Part shown: in pieces, positions 39,313-49,520 of the stretch | How positions within the stretch are numbered: position 1 is the stretch's first letter | Layout of the letters: every line of letters begins with the position of its first letter | Assembly: GCA_047947115.1 (NCBI GenBank) | Contig: CP170459.1 | Location: forward strand, 3,744,001-3,808,000 | From: Verrucomicrobiota bacterium | Lineage (GTDB): Bacteria > Verrucomicrobiota > Verrucomicrobiia > Limisphaerales > AAA164-E04 | Direction: 5' to 3' | DNA length: 64,000 nucleotides | Notes under the pieces: generated by a model | Database searches by the model: none | The model's input: the letters and a program-made list of their open reading frames with translations, nothing else | What the model was told of the DNA's origin: nothing | Translations under genes and position numbers: made by a program

Positions 39313-39786
39313 CTACCTTTGGATCAAGTCATCCAGATCGAATTGTTCGGCCACTTTGGTCATCCATTTGTTTTCGTGCCGTTTCATCACCTTCCGCTTT
39401 TCGGGTTCCAGATCATCAAATCCTTTGAGATGAAGCAACCCATGAATGACATACCGAATCGATTCTTCATGCCATTGTGTGCCAAATTCAACGGATTGTT
39501 TGGAAGCCACTTCCGGACAGACGAGGATTTCACCGATCAAAAAGTCTGGCATGGCTTCCTCGCTCAGATCAAAAGTGATGACATCGGTGGCACCTTCGTG
39601 TTGCAGGAAATCCTGATTCACCTCGGCCATACGCGTTGAGGGGAGGAACTGAACCGATATCTCAGCTGATTGATTCTCGAAAAGAGCCTCTGCAACCCAG
39701 GTGCCGATTTCGCGCACGAGATTCACATTCAAAGGCCATTTGCGTTGGCGGTTCCGCACTTCCAGCTGGATATCGGGTTGATCCAT
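39313..39786 (-). CDS. ybeY: rRNA maturation RNase YbeY
   Basis: TDVITF and HGLLHLKGFD motifs. Confidence 0.93.
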   Translation of the reverse strand: MDQPDIQLEVRNRQRKWPLNVNLVREIGTWVAEALFENQSAEISVQFLPSTRMAEVNQDFLQHEGATDVITFDLSEEAMPDFLIGEILVCPEVASKQSVEFGTQWHEESIRYVIHGLLHLKGFDDLEPEKRKVMKRHENKWMTKVAEQFDLDDLIQR

Positions 39787-39834
39787 TCGGTTGTTTCAGT
39801 TCACTGTTGCAATTCAGGGATCCCGGAGTAGATC

Positions 39835-40800
39835 CTATCTTTGCTCGTAATCCTGTCGATGTGTTTCGTAAGCCGCGACAATTTTCTGAACGAGACGATG
39901 GCGGATGACGTCCCGTTTCTGGAATTCCACCATGGCGATTTCCGGGATGTCTTTCAAAGCTTTCCTGGCTTCCAGGAGTCCTGACGGTTTGTGTTTCGGC
40001 AGATCAATCTGGGTGGGATCTCCGGTAATAACCGCTTTGGAGCTCATCCCCAGGCGGGTCAGAAACATGAACATTTGCTCAGTGGTTGCATTCTGTGCTT
40101 CGTCGAGGATGATAAAGGCGTAGTTCAATGTGCGGCCACGCATGTAGGCGAGGGGGGCGATTTCGATGACGCCACGATCGCGGTACTTTTCGATTTCCTC
40201 CGCCGGGATCATGTCATGCAAAGCATCCTGCAGGGGGCGCAGATAAGGATCGAGCTTTTCGTATAAGTCGCCGGGTAGAAATCCCAATGCCTCGCCCGCC
40301 TCCACGGCGGGCCGGGTCAGGATGATGCGGCTGACGGTTCCGGCTTTGAGGGCGGTGACCGCCATTGCCATGGCCAGGTAGGTCTTGCCTGTTCCCGCAG
40401 GCCCCATGCCAAAAGTGACATCATGCTTGCGCATGGCTTCAATGTATTGCTTTTGACCGGCGGTTTTGGGGTGAATCGGAGGTTTGCGATTGGAGGTCTG
40501 GATGCGTTCGCTGTAGAGACCTTTCAATGCGCCCGAGCCATGGTTCTTGACGACTTCCAGCGCTTGATCGAACTCTCGCGCGCGGATGGCCGTTCCTGAT
40601 TGCATGGCTCCCTGGAGTATTTCAAAAAGTTCCTTGGCTGATTTGACCCGGTCTTCGTCTCCTTCGAGTTTGATCCATCCGTCCCGGGTGACCGCCTTGA
40701 CGCCGAGTTCGGATTCAAGTTTTTCCAGGTTACGGGATTCGTTGGCAAAAAGCTGTTGCACCTGGTGGGCGCTTTCAAAATGCAAGGTTTCGGATGCCAT
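39835..40800 (-). CDS. phoH: PhoH family ATPase
   Basis: GPAGTGKT, RPAVEAGEALGFLPGD, LAYMRGRT and DEAQN. Start at MASETLHF (40800). Confidence 0.95.
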   Translation of the reverse strand: MASETLHFESAHQVQQLFANESRNLEKLESELGVKAVTRDGWIKLEGDEDRVKSAKELFEILQGAMQSGTAIRAREFDQALEVVKNHGSGALKGLYSERIQTSNRKPPIHPKTAGQKQYIEAMRKHDVTFGMGPAGTGKTYLAMAMAVTALKAGTVSRIILTRPAVEAGEALGFLPGDLYEKLDPYLRPLQDALHDMIPAEEIEKYRDRGVIEIAPLAYMRGRTLNYAFIILDEAQNATTEQMFMFLTRLGMSSKAVITGDPTQIDLPKHKPSGLLEARKALKDIPEIAMVEFQKRDVIRHRLVQKIVAAYETHRQDYEQR

Positions 40801-40982
40801 GATAGGGTTGTTTTTATCTGTAGATGTCCCACATGAACACAGATTTTCCTGGAGACCAAGGATTCCTTGTTCCAGGAATTTTTTCATTATCTGCGCATAG
40901 CTGTCATCTGTGGATTGAAAAAGAGTATGGGTTTTAAAGTGAATGGATAAGCCTGGACCGGGAACGATTGGTTGCTGCCTTT

Positions 40983-41498
40983 TTAATCCGGTTTGGAATC
41001 GGATCCTCCCATGGCGGCGAAGACGGTTCTTAATTTTTCTGCAAGTGCTTCGAGCGCTTCGGGGAGTACTGCTGTGTTGCCGATGACGGGCATGAAATTG
41101 GTGTCTCCGTTCCACCTGGGCACCACATGAAGGTGCAGATGCTCTCGGATGCCCGCGCCGGCTACTCGTCCGAGGTTCAATCCCACATTGAATCCTTGAG
41201 GTTGCATGACTTCTTTGAGCACCTTGATGCAACGTTGACTCAAGCGCATGAGGTCCGCGAGTTCCTGGTCGTCCAGGTCCTCGAGTTCGGCCACTTGCTT
41301 GTAGGGGACTACCATCAGATGCCCGCCATTGTAAGGATAACGGTTCATCGTCACGTAACAGGTCTTGTCGCGGTGAACGACCAAATTCGCCACATCATCG
41401 CCGGACTGGGCGATGCGTGTAAAAAGGGACTCATCCCCTTGGGGTTCCTTGGGGCTGAGGATGTAATCAATACGCCAGGGAGCATGCAAATGATCCAT
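40983..41498 (-). CDS. HIT family hydrolase (Ap4A phosphorylase-like)
   Basis: LHAPWR, NRYPYNGGHLMVVP and HLHLHVVPRW.GDTNF. Confidence 0.93.
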   Translation of the reverse strand: MDHLHAPWRIDYILSPKEPQGDESLFTRIAQSGDDVANLVVHRDKTCYVTMNRYPYNGGHLMVVPYKQVAELEDLDDQELADLMRLSQRCIKVLKEVMQPQGFNVGLNLGRVAGAGIREHLHLHVVPRWNGDTNFMPVIGNTAVLPEALEALAEKLRTVFAAMGGSDSKPD

Positions 41499-41548
41499 GG
41501 GCTGAAGACTAGTTGGCCTCTCGCTGGAAGTCAAAGGAGAGCATCGAA

Positions 41549-42757
41549 TTATTCTTTGGAGAGGATTTCGATTTGGCGATACTCCACGAACATATCCTGT
41601 CCACCATGCAGTTGCAGAGCGATATGGCCGGAGGTGCGTCCCGGATCATTCAGAAGTTCGGCTGATTTGATGCCGTTCACATGGACGGTGATGCGTTTTC
41701 CATGGGCAGATACGGTCAGGTCGTTCCATTCATTCTTTTTGAACCAGGGAGTTTTCTTGTCGGCGGGATGTTGAACCACCCAGGCGCGACCGCCCGTTTC
41801 ATAGAGTCCTCCGGTCTCGTAAGATGTGTCGATTTCAACCTGAAACCCGTTGACGCCCACGTTGTTTTCTTTCTCATCCACGCGGAAGTAAAATCCACTG
41901 TCTCCATTGGTTACCTTGAATTGGGCTCTTACGGTGAAATCTTCGAACCTTTTATCCGTCACCAGCAAACCATGGCGGTTTTCACTTTTCTCGCTGGTCC
42001 CCTGGATCACGCCATCGACAACCTCCCATTGACCGCCGGGAAGCGCATGCCATCCGTTCAACGTTTTACCGTCAAACAGCGGCTTCCAGGTGTGCTTGCC
42101 AAGGTCCTGAATCCGGACGTTGCGCCAACGAATCTGCATGGGCTCATCACTATTGGTACCGTGAACCTGCAGCGCGATGAAACCGGACACGTTCAATGAA
42201 TCACGTAAATCGGCCGCTGGCACACCGTTGATCCAGGTCTTGATCGAATCGCCGATGGCCTCGACGCGGTAGTGGTTCCATTCGTTCTGTTTGAACGCGG
42301 CCTGAGCCTTTGGGTTGTCGGTCAAGGGATTCAGCCAACCGCGACGGCTTTCGTCGTAAATCCCTCCTGACCACGCGCGCTTGCTGGGGTCGATTTCCAC
42401 TTGGTATCCATGCACGACTCCATTGTGGACTTCGGGTTTGCTGAGGCTGCGGATTTGAATGCCGGAATTCATGTTGGGGTGGACACGGTATTCCAGTTCC
42501 AGAATGAAATCGGAGTAATCGCGATCGGTGCACAAAAAAGTGTTGGGGCCGCCCTTGACGGTGGTTCCGACGATCACGCCGTCTTCCACATGATACTTGG
42601 CATTGCCTCCACGTTGAATCCAGCCGGAAAAATCCTTTCCATTGAAAAGATCCTTCCACTCCGCACCGGTGGCCGTCATCGAAAGTGAAACCAATAACAG
42701 GCCCATCATCCAGTGGAGACTGGATGCCATAGATTGTTTGTTTGCGTAATTGTTCAT
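41549..42757 (-). CDS. Secreted tandem DUF1080 (3-keto-disaccharide hydrolase-like) protein
   Basis: Two LF(N/D)GK..GW...DF.L/V...(N/D)SG...G(Y/F)QVEI...G.IALQ.H domains. Start 42757 or 42730. Confidence 0.88.
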   Translation of the reverse strand: MNNYANKQSMASSLHWMMGLLLVSLSMTATGAEWKDLFNGKDFSGWIQRGGNAKYHVEDGVIVGTTVKGGPNTFLCTDRDYSDFILELEYRVHPNMNSGIQIRSLSKPEVHNGVVHGYQVEIDPSKRAWSGGIYDESRRGWLNPLTDNPKAQAAFKQNEWNHYRVEAIGDSIKTWINGVPAADLRDSLNVSGFIALQVHGTNSDEPMQIRWRNVRIQDLGKHTWKPLFDGKTLNGWHALPGGQWEVVDGVIQGTSEKSENRHGLLVTDKRFEDFTVRAQFKVTNGDSGFYFRVDEKENNVGVNGFQVEIDTSYETGGLYETGGRAWVVQHPADKKTPWFKKNEWNDLTVSAHGKRITVHVNGIKSAELLNDPGRTSGHIALQLHGGQDMFVEYRQIEILSKE

Positions 42758-42895
42758 CGGAGGCTGAATCAGTTTCCCAAAAAACACATCTTGCGCAATG
42801 CCAAAGTTTAGTTGCTGAATGGGCTGGGATTTCCGTCTTGATCCCGCTTCAAACCTTGTGGTAACCAGATGGCAATCAGAAGGCAAAGAAAGTGT

Positions 42896-43667
42896 TCATG
42901 CCTCCGGTTGAATAAACGGAGGGGCAATCGCCGCATTGCGCCCACTTCGAACCTTGTGGCCGGCGAATTGTTATCAGGCCGCAATGGGAGTGCTGTCGCA
43001 TTTCGAATATCACTGGCTGCCCGCATTCCATGTCATTTGTTTAAGAAAGTTCCAAGGGAGAAGTATGGGATGAGGTGGCACTCATGCCTCCGGTTGAATA
43101 AACGGAGGGGCAATCGCCGCATTGCGCCCACTTCGAACCTTGTGGCCGGCGAATTGTTATCAGGCCGCAATGGGAGTGCTGTCGCATTTCGAATATCACT
43201 GGCTGCCCGCATTCCATGTCATTTGATTAAGAAAATTCCAAGGGAGAAGTATGGGATGAGGTGGCACTCATGCCTCCGGTTGAATAAACGGAGGGGCAAT
43301 CGCCGCATTGCGCCCACTTCGAACCTTGTGGCCGGCGAATTGTTATCAGGCCGCAATGGGAGTGCTGTCGCATTTCGAATATCACTGGCTGCCCGCATTC
43401 CATGTCATTTGGTTAAGAAAATTCCAAGGGAGAAGTATGGGATGAGGTGGCACTCATCTCTCCGGTTGAATAAACGGAGGGGCAATCGCCGCATTGCGCC
43501 CACTTCGAGCCTTGTGGCCGGCGAATTGTTATCAGGCCGCAATGGGAGTGCTGTCGCATTTCGAATATCACTGGCTGCCCGCATTCCATGTCATTTGATT
43601 AAGAAAGTTCCAAGGGAGAAGTATGGGACGAGGTGGCACTCATCCCTCCGGTTGAATAAAAGGAGGG
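42896..43667. repeat. Tandem array of 186-bp units (4 full + partial fifth), each a pair of inverted GGAG-type REP-like hairpins
   Basis: Unit starts at 42896, 43082, 43268, 43454 and 43640, with only a few substitutions between units. Confidence 0.95.
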
Positions 43668-43718
43668 AGGCAATTGGGGTCGACAGGTCTTTGAATCTGA
43701 TTTATCACATGCTTCTCT

Positions 43719-45029
43719 ATGCCGGAATCCTTGAACAACGAATCCAACGTCGCACGCAGCGCCAAGCGTAAGGCTTATATCAATATCGTTCTGCCTCTGT
43801 TCATCACGTCGATCATTGCTTATCTGGATCGCGTCAGCCTGAGCTACGCAGGACTGACCATGAATGAGGAATTGGGGTTTTCGGAAGCGGTGTTCGGTTT
43901 AGGTGCAGGGATCTTTTTTGCCGGCTATGTATTGTTTGAAATTCCAGGGGCTCTCATCGCTGAGCGCTACAGCCCCAAGTTGTGGTTGGCGCGCATCATG
44001 ATCTCCTGGGGCCTTATCTCGGGGATGATGGCTTTCATGACCGAAGTGTGGGAGTTTTATTTGCTGCGCTTTCTTCTGGGCGTGGCTGAGGCCAGTCTTT
44101 ATCCGGTCATATACGCATCCTGCATACCACGATGGTTTGCGCCCGGGGATAGGTCGCGGGCTATTGCGGTTCTTCTGACGTCCTTGCAAATGTCGAGTAT
44201 CATCGGCGCTCCGTTGGCGGGGTGGGTGTTGGGACTGTCGTTTTTTGGGCTTGAAGGTTGGCAAGGGTTGTTTGTCCTGGAGGCTATTCCTGCTGTGCTG
44301 TTTGGGATTATTATTGTTTACTGGATGGCTGATTCACCCGAGGAGGCCAAATGGTTGACACCGGAAGAACGTCAATGGCTTACCAGCGATTTGAAAAGCA
44401 AAGCCTCCCAAAACAAACGCATCAGGAATTATACCGTTTGGCAGGCACTTTCTGATCGGGAGGTCCTGAAACTTTGTGTAACTTATTTCCTGTGGATCAC
44501 CGGTTACTGGGGGTTTGGGTATTGGATGCCCTCTGTCCTGAAATCCTTTTCATCGTGGTCCAATTTTGCCGTGGGATGGATGATTGTGATTCCGATGACT
44601 CTTTCATTGCTGTTCATGCTCTGGATTGGTCATCACTCCGCTGTTACGGGTGAACAGCGTTGGCACGGCGCGATTGGGACCTTTATTGCTGCCGTCGGCA
44701 TGTTTTGTGGTACCCTGACGAATCATCCTGTTCTGGCCTTTGCCTTTTTATGTCTGGCGGCCATTGGTGTGTATGCTCCATTCGGTGTTTGGTGGTCCTA
44801 TCCCACCTCTTTTCTTTCAGGTTCAGCGGCAGCGGGTGCTATTGGACTGATCAATTCCTTTGGCAACATTGGCGGTTTTGTGGGGCCTTATATCACGGGG
44901 TATCTCAAAACCTTGACGGGAAGTTTCACCCTCGGCTGGATTTATCTGGCGTTGTCGTTGACGGCCTCTGGGATATTGATGTTGACCTTGCGCAAAAAGG
45001 AAACAGAAGAGGTGTCGTCAACTGTCTGA
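43719..45029 (+). CDS. MFS transporter, anion:cation symporter family
   Basis: AYLDRVSL, GIFFAGYVLFEIP, LARIMISWG, RFLLGVAEA and GLINSFGNIGGFVGP. Confidence 0.93.
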   Translation: MPESLNNESNVARSAKRKAYINIVLPLFITSIIAYLDRVSLSYAGLTMNEELGFSEAVFGLGAGIFFAGYVLFEIPGALIAERYSPKLWLARIMISWGLISGMMAFMTEVWEFYLLRFLLGVAEASLYPVIYASCIPRWFAPGDRSRAIAVLLTSLQMSSIIGAPLAGWVLGLSFFGLEGWQGLFVLEAIPAVLFGIIIVYWMADSPEEAKWLTPEERQWLTSDLKSKASQNKRIRNYTVWQALSDREVLKLCVTYFLWITGYWGFGYWMPSVLKSFSSWSNFAVGWMIVIPMTLSLLFMLWIGHHSAVTGEQRWHGAIGTFIAAVGMFCGTLTNHPVLAFAFLCLAAIGVYAPFGVWWSYPTSFLSGSAAAGAIGLINSFGNIGGFVGPYITGYLKTLTGSFTLGWIYLALSLTASGILMLTLRKKETEEVSSTV

Positions 45030-45095
45030 CTGCCGTTTTTCAGGGGTGGTCGAATGTTTTTGAATAGGGCGTGGTTTTGATGTACGAGTTCCCCC

Positions 45096-48000
45096 ATGAA
45101 ATTCCACAACGCACATGGCATCTTGGTGGTTAATTTGGCCCTGACTTTGTTGCTCGAACAGTCTCATCCAGTGAATGCACAGGATGAAGCCGATCTGATC
45201 GCCGCTCTGGTTGAGCAGCCACAGGGATTTCCCGCATCGAAATTGCCTGGAGAATTGCTTTGGCCTGTCTTTGGTGAAGAACCATCCGGTTCTGAATTTG
45301 CCAATTTCAGTTTGACGATGGATTATGCATTGTCTTCCGGAAAAACGGCGCAACTCCATCTTGGGAACGATATCAAGATCCACCTGCCCGCCGGAGCGCA
45401 TGTGCTGTATCTGGAACACGAGCACCTGGATCAACAGCCAGGGCGTTTGCTTGCATTGGTGGACGGCAAGGAATCGTTGAAAATGGAACTCCCCAATGTG
45501 CCCGCCGCTTCTTACAAATCGACGACCGAAGAGGCTAAGGATACATTTGCAACCGACGGAGATTTCACCGCATCTGTTCAGTTCACCACTGAAGGTCATG
45601 GCACATTGTTTTCGAAGAGCGCGCCTGAAGGGAAATGGACTCCCAATGCGAAGGCTTTATTCATCCGCGACGGACGGCTGATCTACGATATCGGATGGGT
45701 GGGCGCCATCTCCGGGCGACCTGTCGTGGCCGACGGTGAGCGGCATCATGTGGTGTTGCAAGTGAGAAACGGTGACGCCGAGTTGTTTCTTGATGGCAAA
45801 TCACTTGGCAAAAAAGAGGATTTCCACGCAGAGGATGATCCCGAGCATGTATTCAAAATCGGAGCCGCGGGCTCGGATTTCGGTCTTGATTGGGAAGGTG
45901 GCACCATCCACTCATTACGGTTTTGGAAAGGGGGACTTCGACGTTTGAACTTTGGTCATTTGTTGGAAGGTCGTGAGGAAGTTGGTGTGGCTCCCAGTTT
46001 CGAATGGGAGGGGAAGGAAGTCAAAGAAACCTTCGATGGGGAAGGGGTGGAAGGATTGGCCGTGACTCTGGGGCTGGAGGGGCCTGTGGAAGTGAAACAA
46101 GCCTGGACCCAGCCTTTGGTTCAAACGGATCATGCGAAGTTGATTCAAGGATGGAGTGATGAAACATTCCAGACAGGGCAGGAAATATATCAGACCCTTT
46201 GCATTACGTGTCATGGCACATCCGCCGTTCAGGGGTTCTTGCCGACCTCGTTGAAGTTTCATGAAGGCGTTTTCAAGAATGGAAGTGATCCATACAGCAT
46301 GTTCCAAACGTTGACACATGGTTATGGATTAATGGTTCCTCAGGGACAATATACCGCGGCGGAAAAATATGCCGTGATTCAATATATCCGCGAATCCCAG
46401 ATCAAACCCAGCAATCCGGGCCAGTATGTTGAGATCACCGATGCATACCTTGCTTCTCTTCCCAAGGCTCTTCGAACTTATCGTGCATCAGAACCCATTG
46501 TAAATCGTCGAGGTAAACAATACGAAAAAATGGATTTCGGCCCCGCTCTCATGTGGACCTATCAGGTCAATCAAGCCAAAGAAATCCCGGAATGGAACAT
46601 TGCTCAAAAAGGAATCAATGTGAGATTGAATCCGGGGAAGGGAGGTGTTTCCAAAGGTCGCGCCTGGATGGTGTATGACGAGGACACCATGCGCGTTGCC
46701 GCTGCTTACAGCGGAGATGAGTTCGTCGACTGGCGTGGGATTGCTTTTGACGGATCGCACGGCACGCATACCAGCATTCGTGGCGATGTGGCCTACATCA
46801 CGCAGGATGCACCTGCCTGGCGGCATCCAGTCACCGGCCAGTGGAATGATCAACGCATCATCGGGCGTGATGGACGTCGTTTCGGTCCCTTGCCGAAAGA
46901 CTGGGTGCACTACAAGGGTTTGTATTACCACGGAGATCGAGTGGTGATTCGCTATACGGTGGGTGAGGCCATGATTCTTGAGAATCCGAGTGTGTTTGAA
47001 TACGGTGATACGCCCGTCTTTATACGCACATTCAACCTGGAGAAATCAGATCACGACCTGGTGACACGGCTTGCAGAGGATGATCCAGATCTCGCGGTGG
47101 CGATCCATGGCAGTGCTGAGGTTCAAGTAGTAAGAGAAGGTGGTTTCATTGTCATGACCATTCCAGCCACTGCAACCCCACTTCGTTTCAATGTTTGCCT
47201 TTCAAAATTGGATCAACCTTCCCTGCAAGGGTTGATGGGTGCCATCCCTGTCAAAGACCTGGCTCCGCTCACTCAGGGCGGTCCGGCGCGCTTCGGGCAA
47301 CAAGTTGTCACGACACAAGGAGAAGTTGGACTTGATGACGGACCGTTCGCAGTGGATGTCATCACAGTGCCGGATGCGCAGGATAATCCATGGGAATCCT
47401 GGATGAGGTTGGGTGGATTCGATTTCTTCCCGGACAACCCGGATCGGGCGGCAGTCTGCACATGGATGGGGGATGTCTGGTTGCTGGACGGAGTGGCCGG
47501 TGATTTGCACGACCTCAAATGGAGGCGAATTTGTTCCGGCCTGTTTCAACCCTTGGGTTTGAAGATACACAGCGGAAAGATCTATGTGACATGTCGAGAT
47601 CAAGTAGCCCGCCTGCATGATTTCAACGGAGATGATGAAATCGATTACGTCGAAAGTTTCAATAATGACGCCCAGGTTACCGAGCACTTTCATGAGTTTG
47701 CCATGGGACTGCAAATTGATGATGAAGGGAATTTCTTTTATGCCAAATCCGCTCGTCATGCCAAAACAGCCTTGGTGCCGCATCATGGAACCTTGTTGCG
47801 TGTTTCGGCAGACGGTTCGCGTACAGACATCATTGCCAATGGATTCCGTGCGGCCAACGGCGTTTGCATGAATCCGGATGGTACATGGATCGTCACCGAT
47901 CAGGAGGGCCATTGGAATCCCAAGAACCGGATCAATTATGTCAAGGAAGGTGGGTTTTATGGCAACATGTTCGGTTACCATGATGTCACAGACAGCTCTG

Positions 48001-48689
48001 ATGAAGCCATGGAACAGCCTTTGTGCTGGATCACCAACGCCTTCGATCGGTCACCTGCCGAGTTGCTTTGGGCGACCGAGCCTGCTCAGTGGGGTCCGCT
48101 AAATGGTGTGTTGCTGAATCTGTCTTACGGGTATGGGAAAATCTACACCGTGCCGCATGAACTGATTCAGGGACAGGCGCAAGGAGGCATGTGTCAATTG
48201 CCCATTCCTCAATTTCCGACCGGGGTGATGCGCGGGCGTTTCCATCCTGCGAATGGCCAACTATATGGCTCCGGCATGTTTGCCTGGGCGGGGACCCAGC
48301 AACAGGCAGGTGGTTTTTATCGTATTCGATATACCGGAAAGCCCGCCTATATGCCCATCGCCATGGAAGCGATCTCGACGGGGATGCGGATCACATTCAG
48401 CGATCCGTTGGACAAGGATTTTGTTGAGAAGAAAGCCAAATATGGCGTTGAAATATGGGATCTGAAACGCACAGCAAATTACGGATCCAAGCATTATAAT
48501 CAGCAACCACTGGATGTCACATCCGCCACCTTGTCAGATGACGGACGCACTCTATATCTGGAAATCGACGACCTCCGTCCAACCTGGGGTATGGAAATCC
48601 GCTGCGAACTCAAAGGTCCCGGCGATAAAGAGCCTGTAACCCGCGTTATTCACAACTCGATTCACCATCTGGGGAGTGGTTTGTTTTGA
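45096..48689 (+). CDS. Secreted LamG-like + cytochrome c + beta-propeller dehydrogenase-like protein (PVC type, DUF6797-like)
   Basis: Heme motif CITCH; VADGERHHVV LamG-like segment; GLFQPLGL, GFRAANG, DQEGHW and RGRFHP. Confidence 0.8.
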   Translation: MKFHNAHGILVVNLALTLLLEQSHPVNAQDEADLIAALVEQPQGFPASKLPGELLWPVFGEEPSGSEFANFSLTMDYALSSGKTAQLHLGNDIKIHLPAGAHVLYLEHEHLDQQPGRLLALVDGKESLKMELPNVPAASYKSTTEEAKDTFATDGDFTASVQFTTEGHGTLFSKSAPEGKWTPNAKALFIRDGRLIYDIGWVGAISGRPVVADGERHHVVLQVRNGDAELFLDGKSLGKKEDFHAEDDPEHVFKIGAAGSDFGLDWEGGTIHSLRFWKGGLRRLNFGHLLEGREEVGVAPSFEWEGKEVKETFDGEGVEGLAVTLGLEGPVEVKQAWTQPLVQTDHAKLIQGWSDETFQTGQEIYQTLCITCHGTSAVQGFLPTSLKFHEGVFKNGSDPYSMFQTLTHGYGLMVPQGQYTAAEKYAVIQYIRESQIKPSNPGQYVEITDAYLASLPKALRTYRASEPIVNRRGKQYEKMDFGPALMWTYQVNQAKEIPEWNIAQKGINVRLNPGKGGVSKGRAWMVYDEDTMRVAAAYSGDEFVDWRGIAFDGSHGTHTSIRGDVAYITQDAPAWRHPVTGQWNDQRIIGRDGRRFGPLPKDWVHYKGLYYHGDRVVIRYTVGEAMILENPSVFEYGDTPVFIRTFNLEKSDHDLVTRLAEDDPDLAVAIHGSAEVQVVREGGFIVMTIPATATPLRFNVCLSKLDQPSLQGLMGAIPVKDLAPLTQGGPARFGQQVVTTQGEVGLDDGPFAVDVITVPDAQDNPWESWMRLGGFDFFPDNPDRAAVCTWMGDVWLLDGVAGDLHDLKWRRICSGLFQPLGLKIHSGKIYVTCRDQVARLHDFNGDDEIDYVESFNNDAQVTEHFHEFAMGLQIDDEGNFFYAKSARHAKTALVPHHGTLLRVSADGSRTDIIANGFRAANGVCMNPDGTWIVTDQEGHWNPKNRINYVKEGGFYGNMFGYHDVTDSSDEAMEQPLCWITNAFDRSPAELLWATEPAQWGPLNGVLLNLSYGYGKIYTVPHELIQGQAQGGMCQLPIPQFPTGVMRGRFHPANGQLYGSGMFAWAGTQQQAGGFYRIRYTGKPAYMPIAMEAISTGMRITFSDPLDKDFVEKKAKYGVEIWDLKRTANYGSKHYNQQPLDVTSATLSDDGRTLYLEIDDLRPTWGMEIRCELKGPGDKEPVTRVIHNSIHHLGSGLF

Positions 48690-48690
48690 A

Positions 48691-48718
48691 CCGCACCACC
48701 GCAGTTGCGGTGGTGCGG
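48691..48718. terminator. GC-rich hairpin between convergent genes
   Basis: CCGCACCACCGCA-GT-TGCGGTGGTGCGG, a perfect 13-bp inverted repeat. Confidence 0.65.
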
Positions 48719-48732
48719 CTCAGAAAAACTCC

Positions 48733-49314
48733 TTACTTTGCTTCTTTTATCGCCTTGATCAGTGCTTCAATGCCGTGGCGGTCGCGGTATCCTTCCAGGA
48801 AGAGCTTGGACCGGATGATGCCTTCGGAATCGATGATGAAGGTTCCAGGGTAGGGGACTCCGTCAATTCGGGAGCCAACCGCTTCTTTGTTCAAAATTTC
48901 GTAGGCTTTAATCGTCTTGCTGCCGGGGTCGGAGAGCAGGGGATAGGTGATGTCACTCTTTCGGGTGAACTTCATCAGGGTTTCCACAGAATCGTAGCTG
49001 ATCCCAATCACTTTACCACCGGCGGCTTCGATTTCCTTCACACTCTGTTGCAACTGAACCAGCTGCTTTTTGCAGAACGGTCACCAATTGGCCGACCGAT
49101 AAAACACCAGAGCAACCGGGCCCTTTTTGAGGAAGGAACTTAGGGGCTGATCTTTGCCATGTTGGTCTTTCAGCGTCCAGTCCGGCGCTTTACTACCGAC
49201 ATCCAGGCCGGTTTTTTCTGGGTTTGACGGTTCTGCGGCGAACACGGAACTCAGCATCAAACTTAGTCCCGCAAACAAACAGGCCCATGTTGTTCGAATC
49301 GATTGGGGTTTCAT
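48733..49314 (-). CDS. Peroxiredoxin-like (AhpC/TSA) selenoprotein, UxxC motif (193 aa with in-frame TGA at 49081-49083)
   Basis: Two track ORFs lie in one frame: VGSKAPDWTLKDQHG...LVFYRSANW-TGA-PFCKKQLVQLQ...IGISYD...YPLLSDP...PGTFIID. The TGA sits at the first Cys of CxxC. Confidence 0.82.
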
Positions 49315-49372
49315 GAGTTGCAAACTATACCTGATTAGATGAGATACAAGAGTGAATATTCCCCAACAAAAG

Positions 49373-49505
49373 GTAGGGTCGCGCTGCTGCGTGACCGCAC
49401 TGCGAGCAGAGGTCAACGAACACCTGAGGCTACCCTCGTTCCACGTGTTTTGTTGAAGGATGTTCTGAGAGAGAAGTGAGGGTGCGAGGTGGAACTCGCC
49501 CCTCC
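49373..49505. repeat. Single diverged REP-doublet related to the 186-bp array unit
   Basis: GTAGGGTCGCGCTGCTGCGTGACC...GAGAAGTGAGGGTGCGAGGTGGAACTCGCCCCTCC versus array GAGAAGTATGGGACGAGGTGGCACTCATCCCTCC. Confidence 0.7.
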
Positions 49506-49520
49506 GTTGGGGGAAAGCGG

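Noticed and set aside
40801..41232. N-terminal extension of PhoH in the ORF track (465 aa)
   Set aside because: Overlaps the HIT gene; PhoH-like sequence begins near 40800.
42896..43667. Possible CRISPR array
   Set aside because: Whole units are near-identical with no unique spacers, and there are no cas genes in the window.
42869..43771. 300-aa ORF of 62-aa repeats
   Set aside because: Arg-rich translation of a 186-bp (multiple of 3) DNA repeat with hairpin structure. It overlaps the MFS start out of frame and has no protein-like features.
48733..49416. Two separate small genes or a pseudogene
   Set aside because: Same frame, a single TGA at the catalytic Cys position and no other lesions; recoding is the simpler explanation pending a sel gene check.
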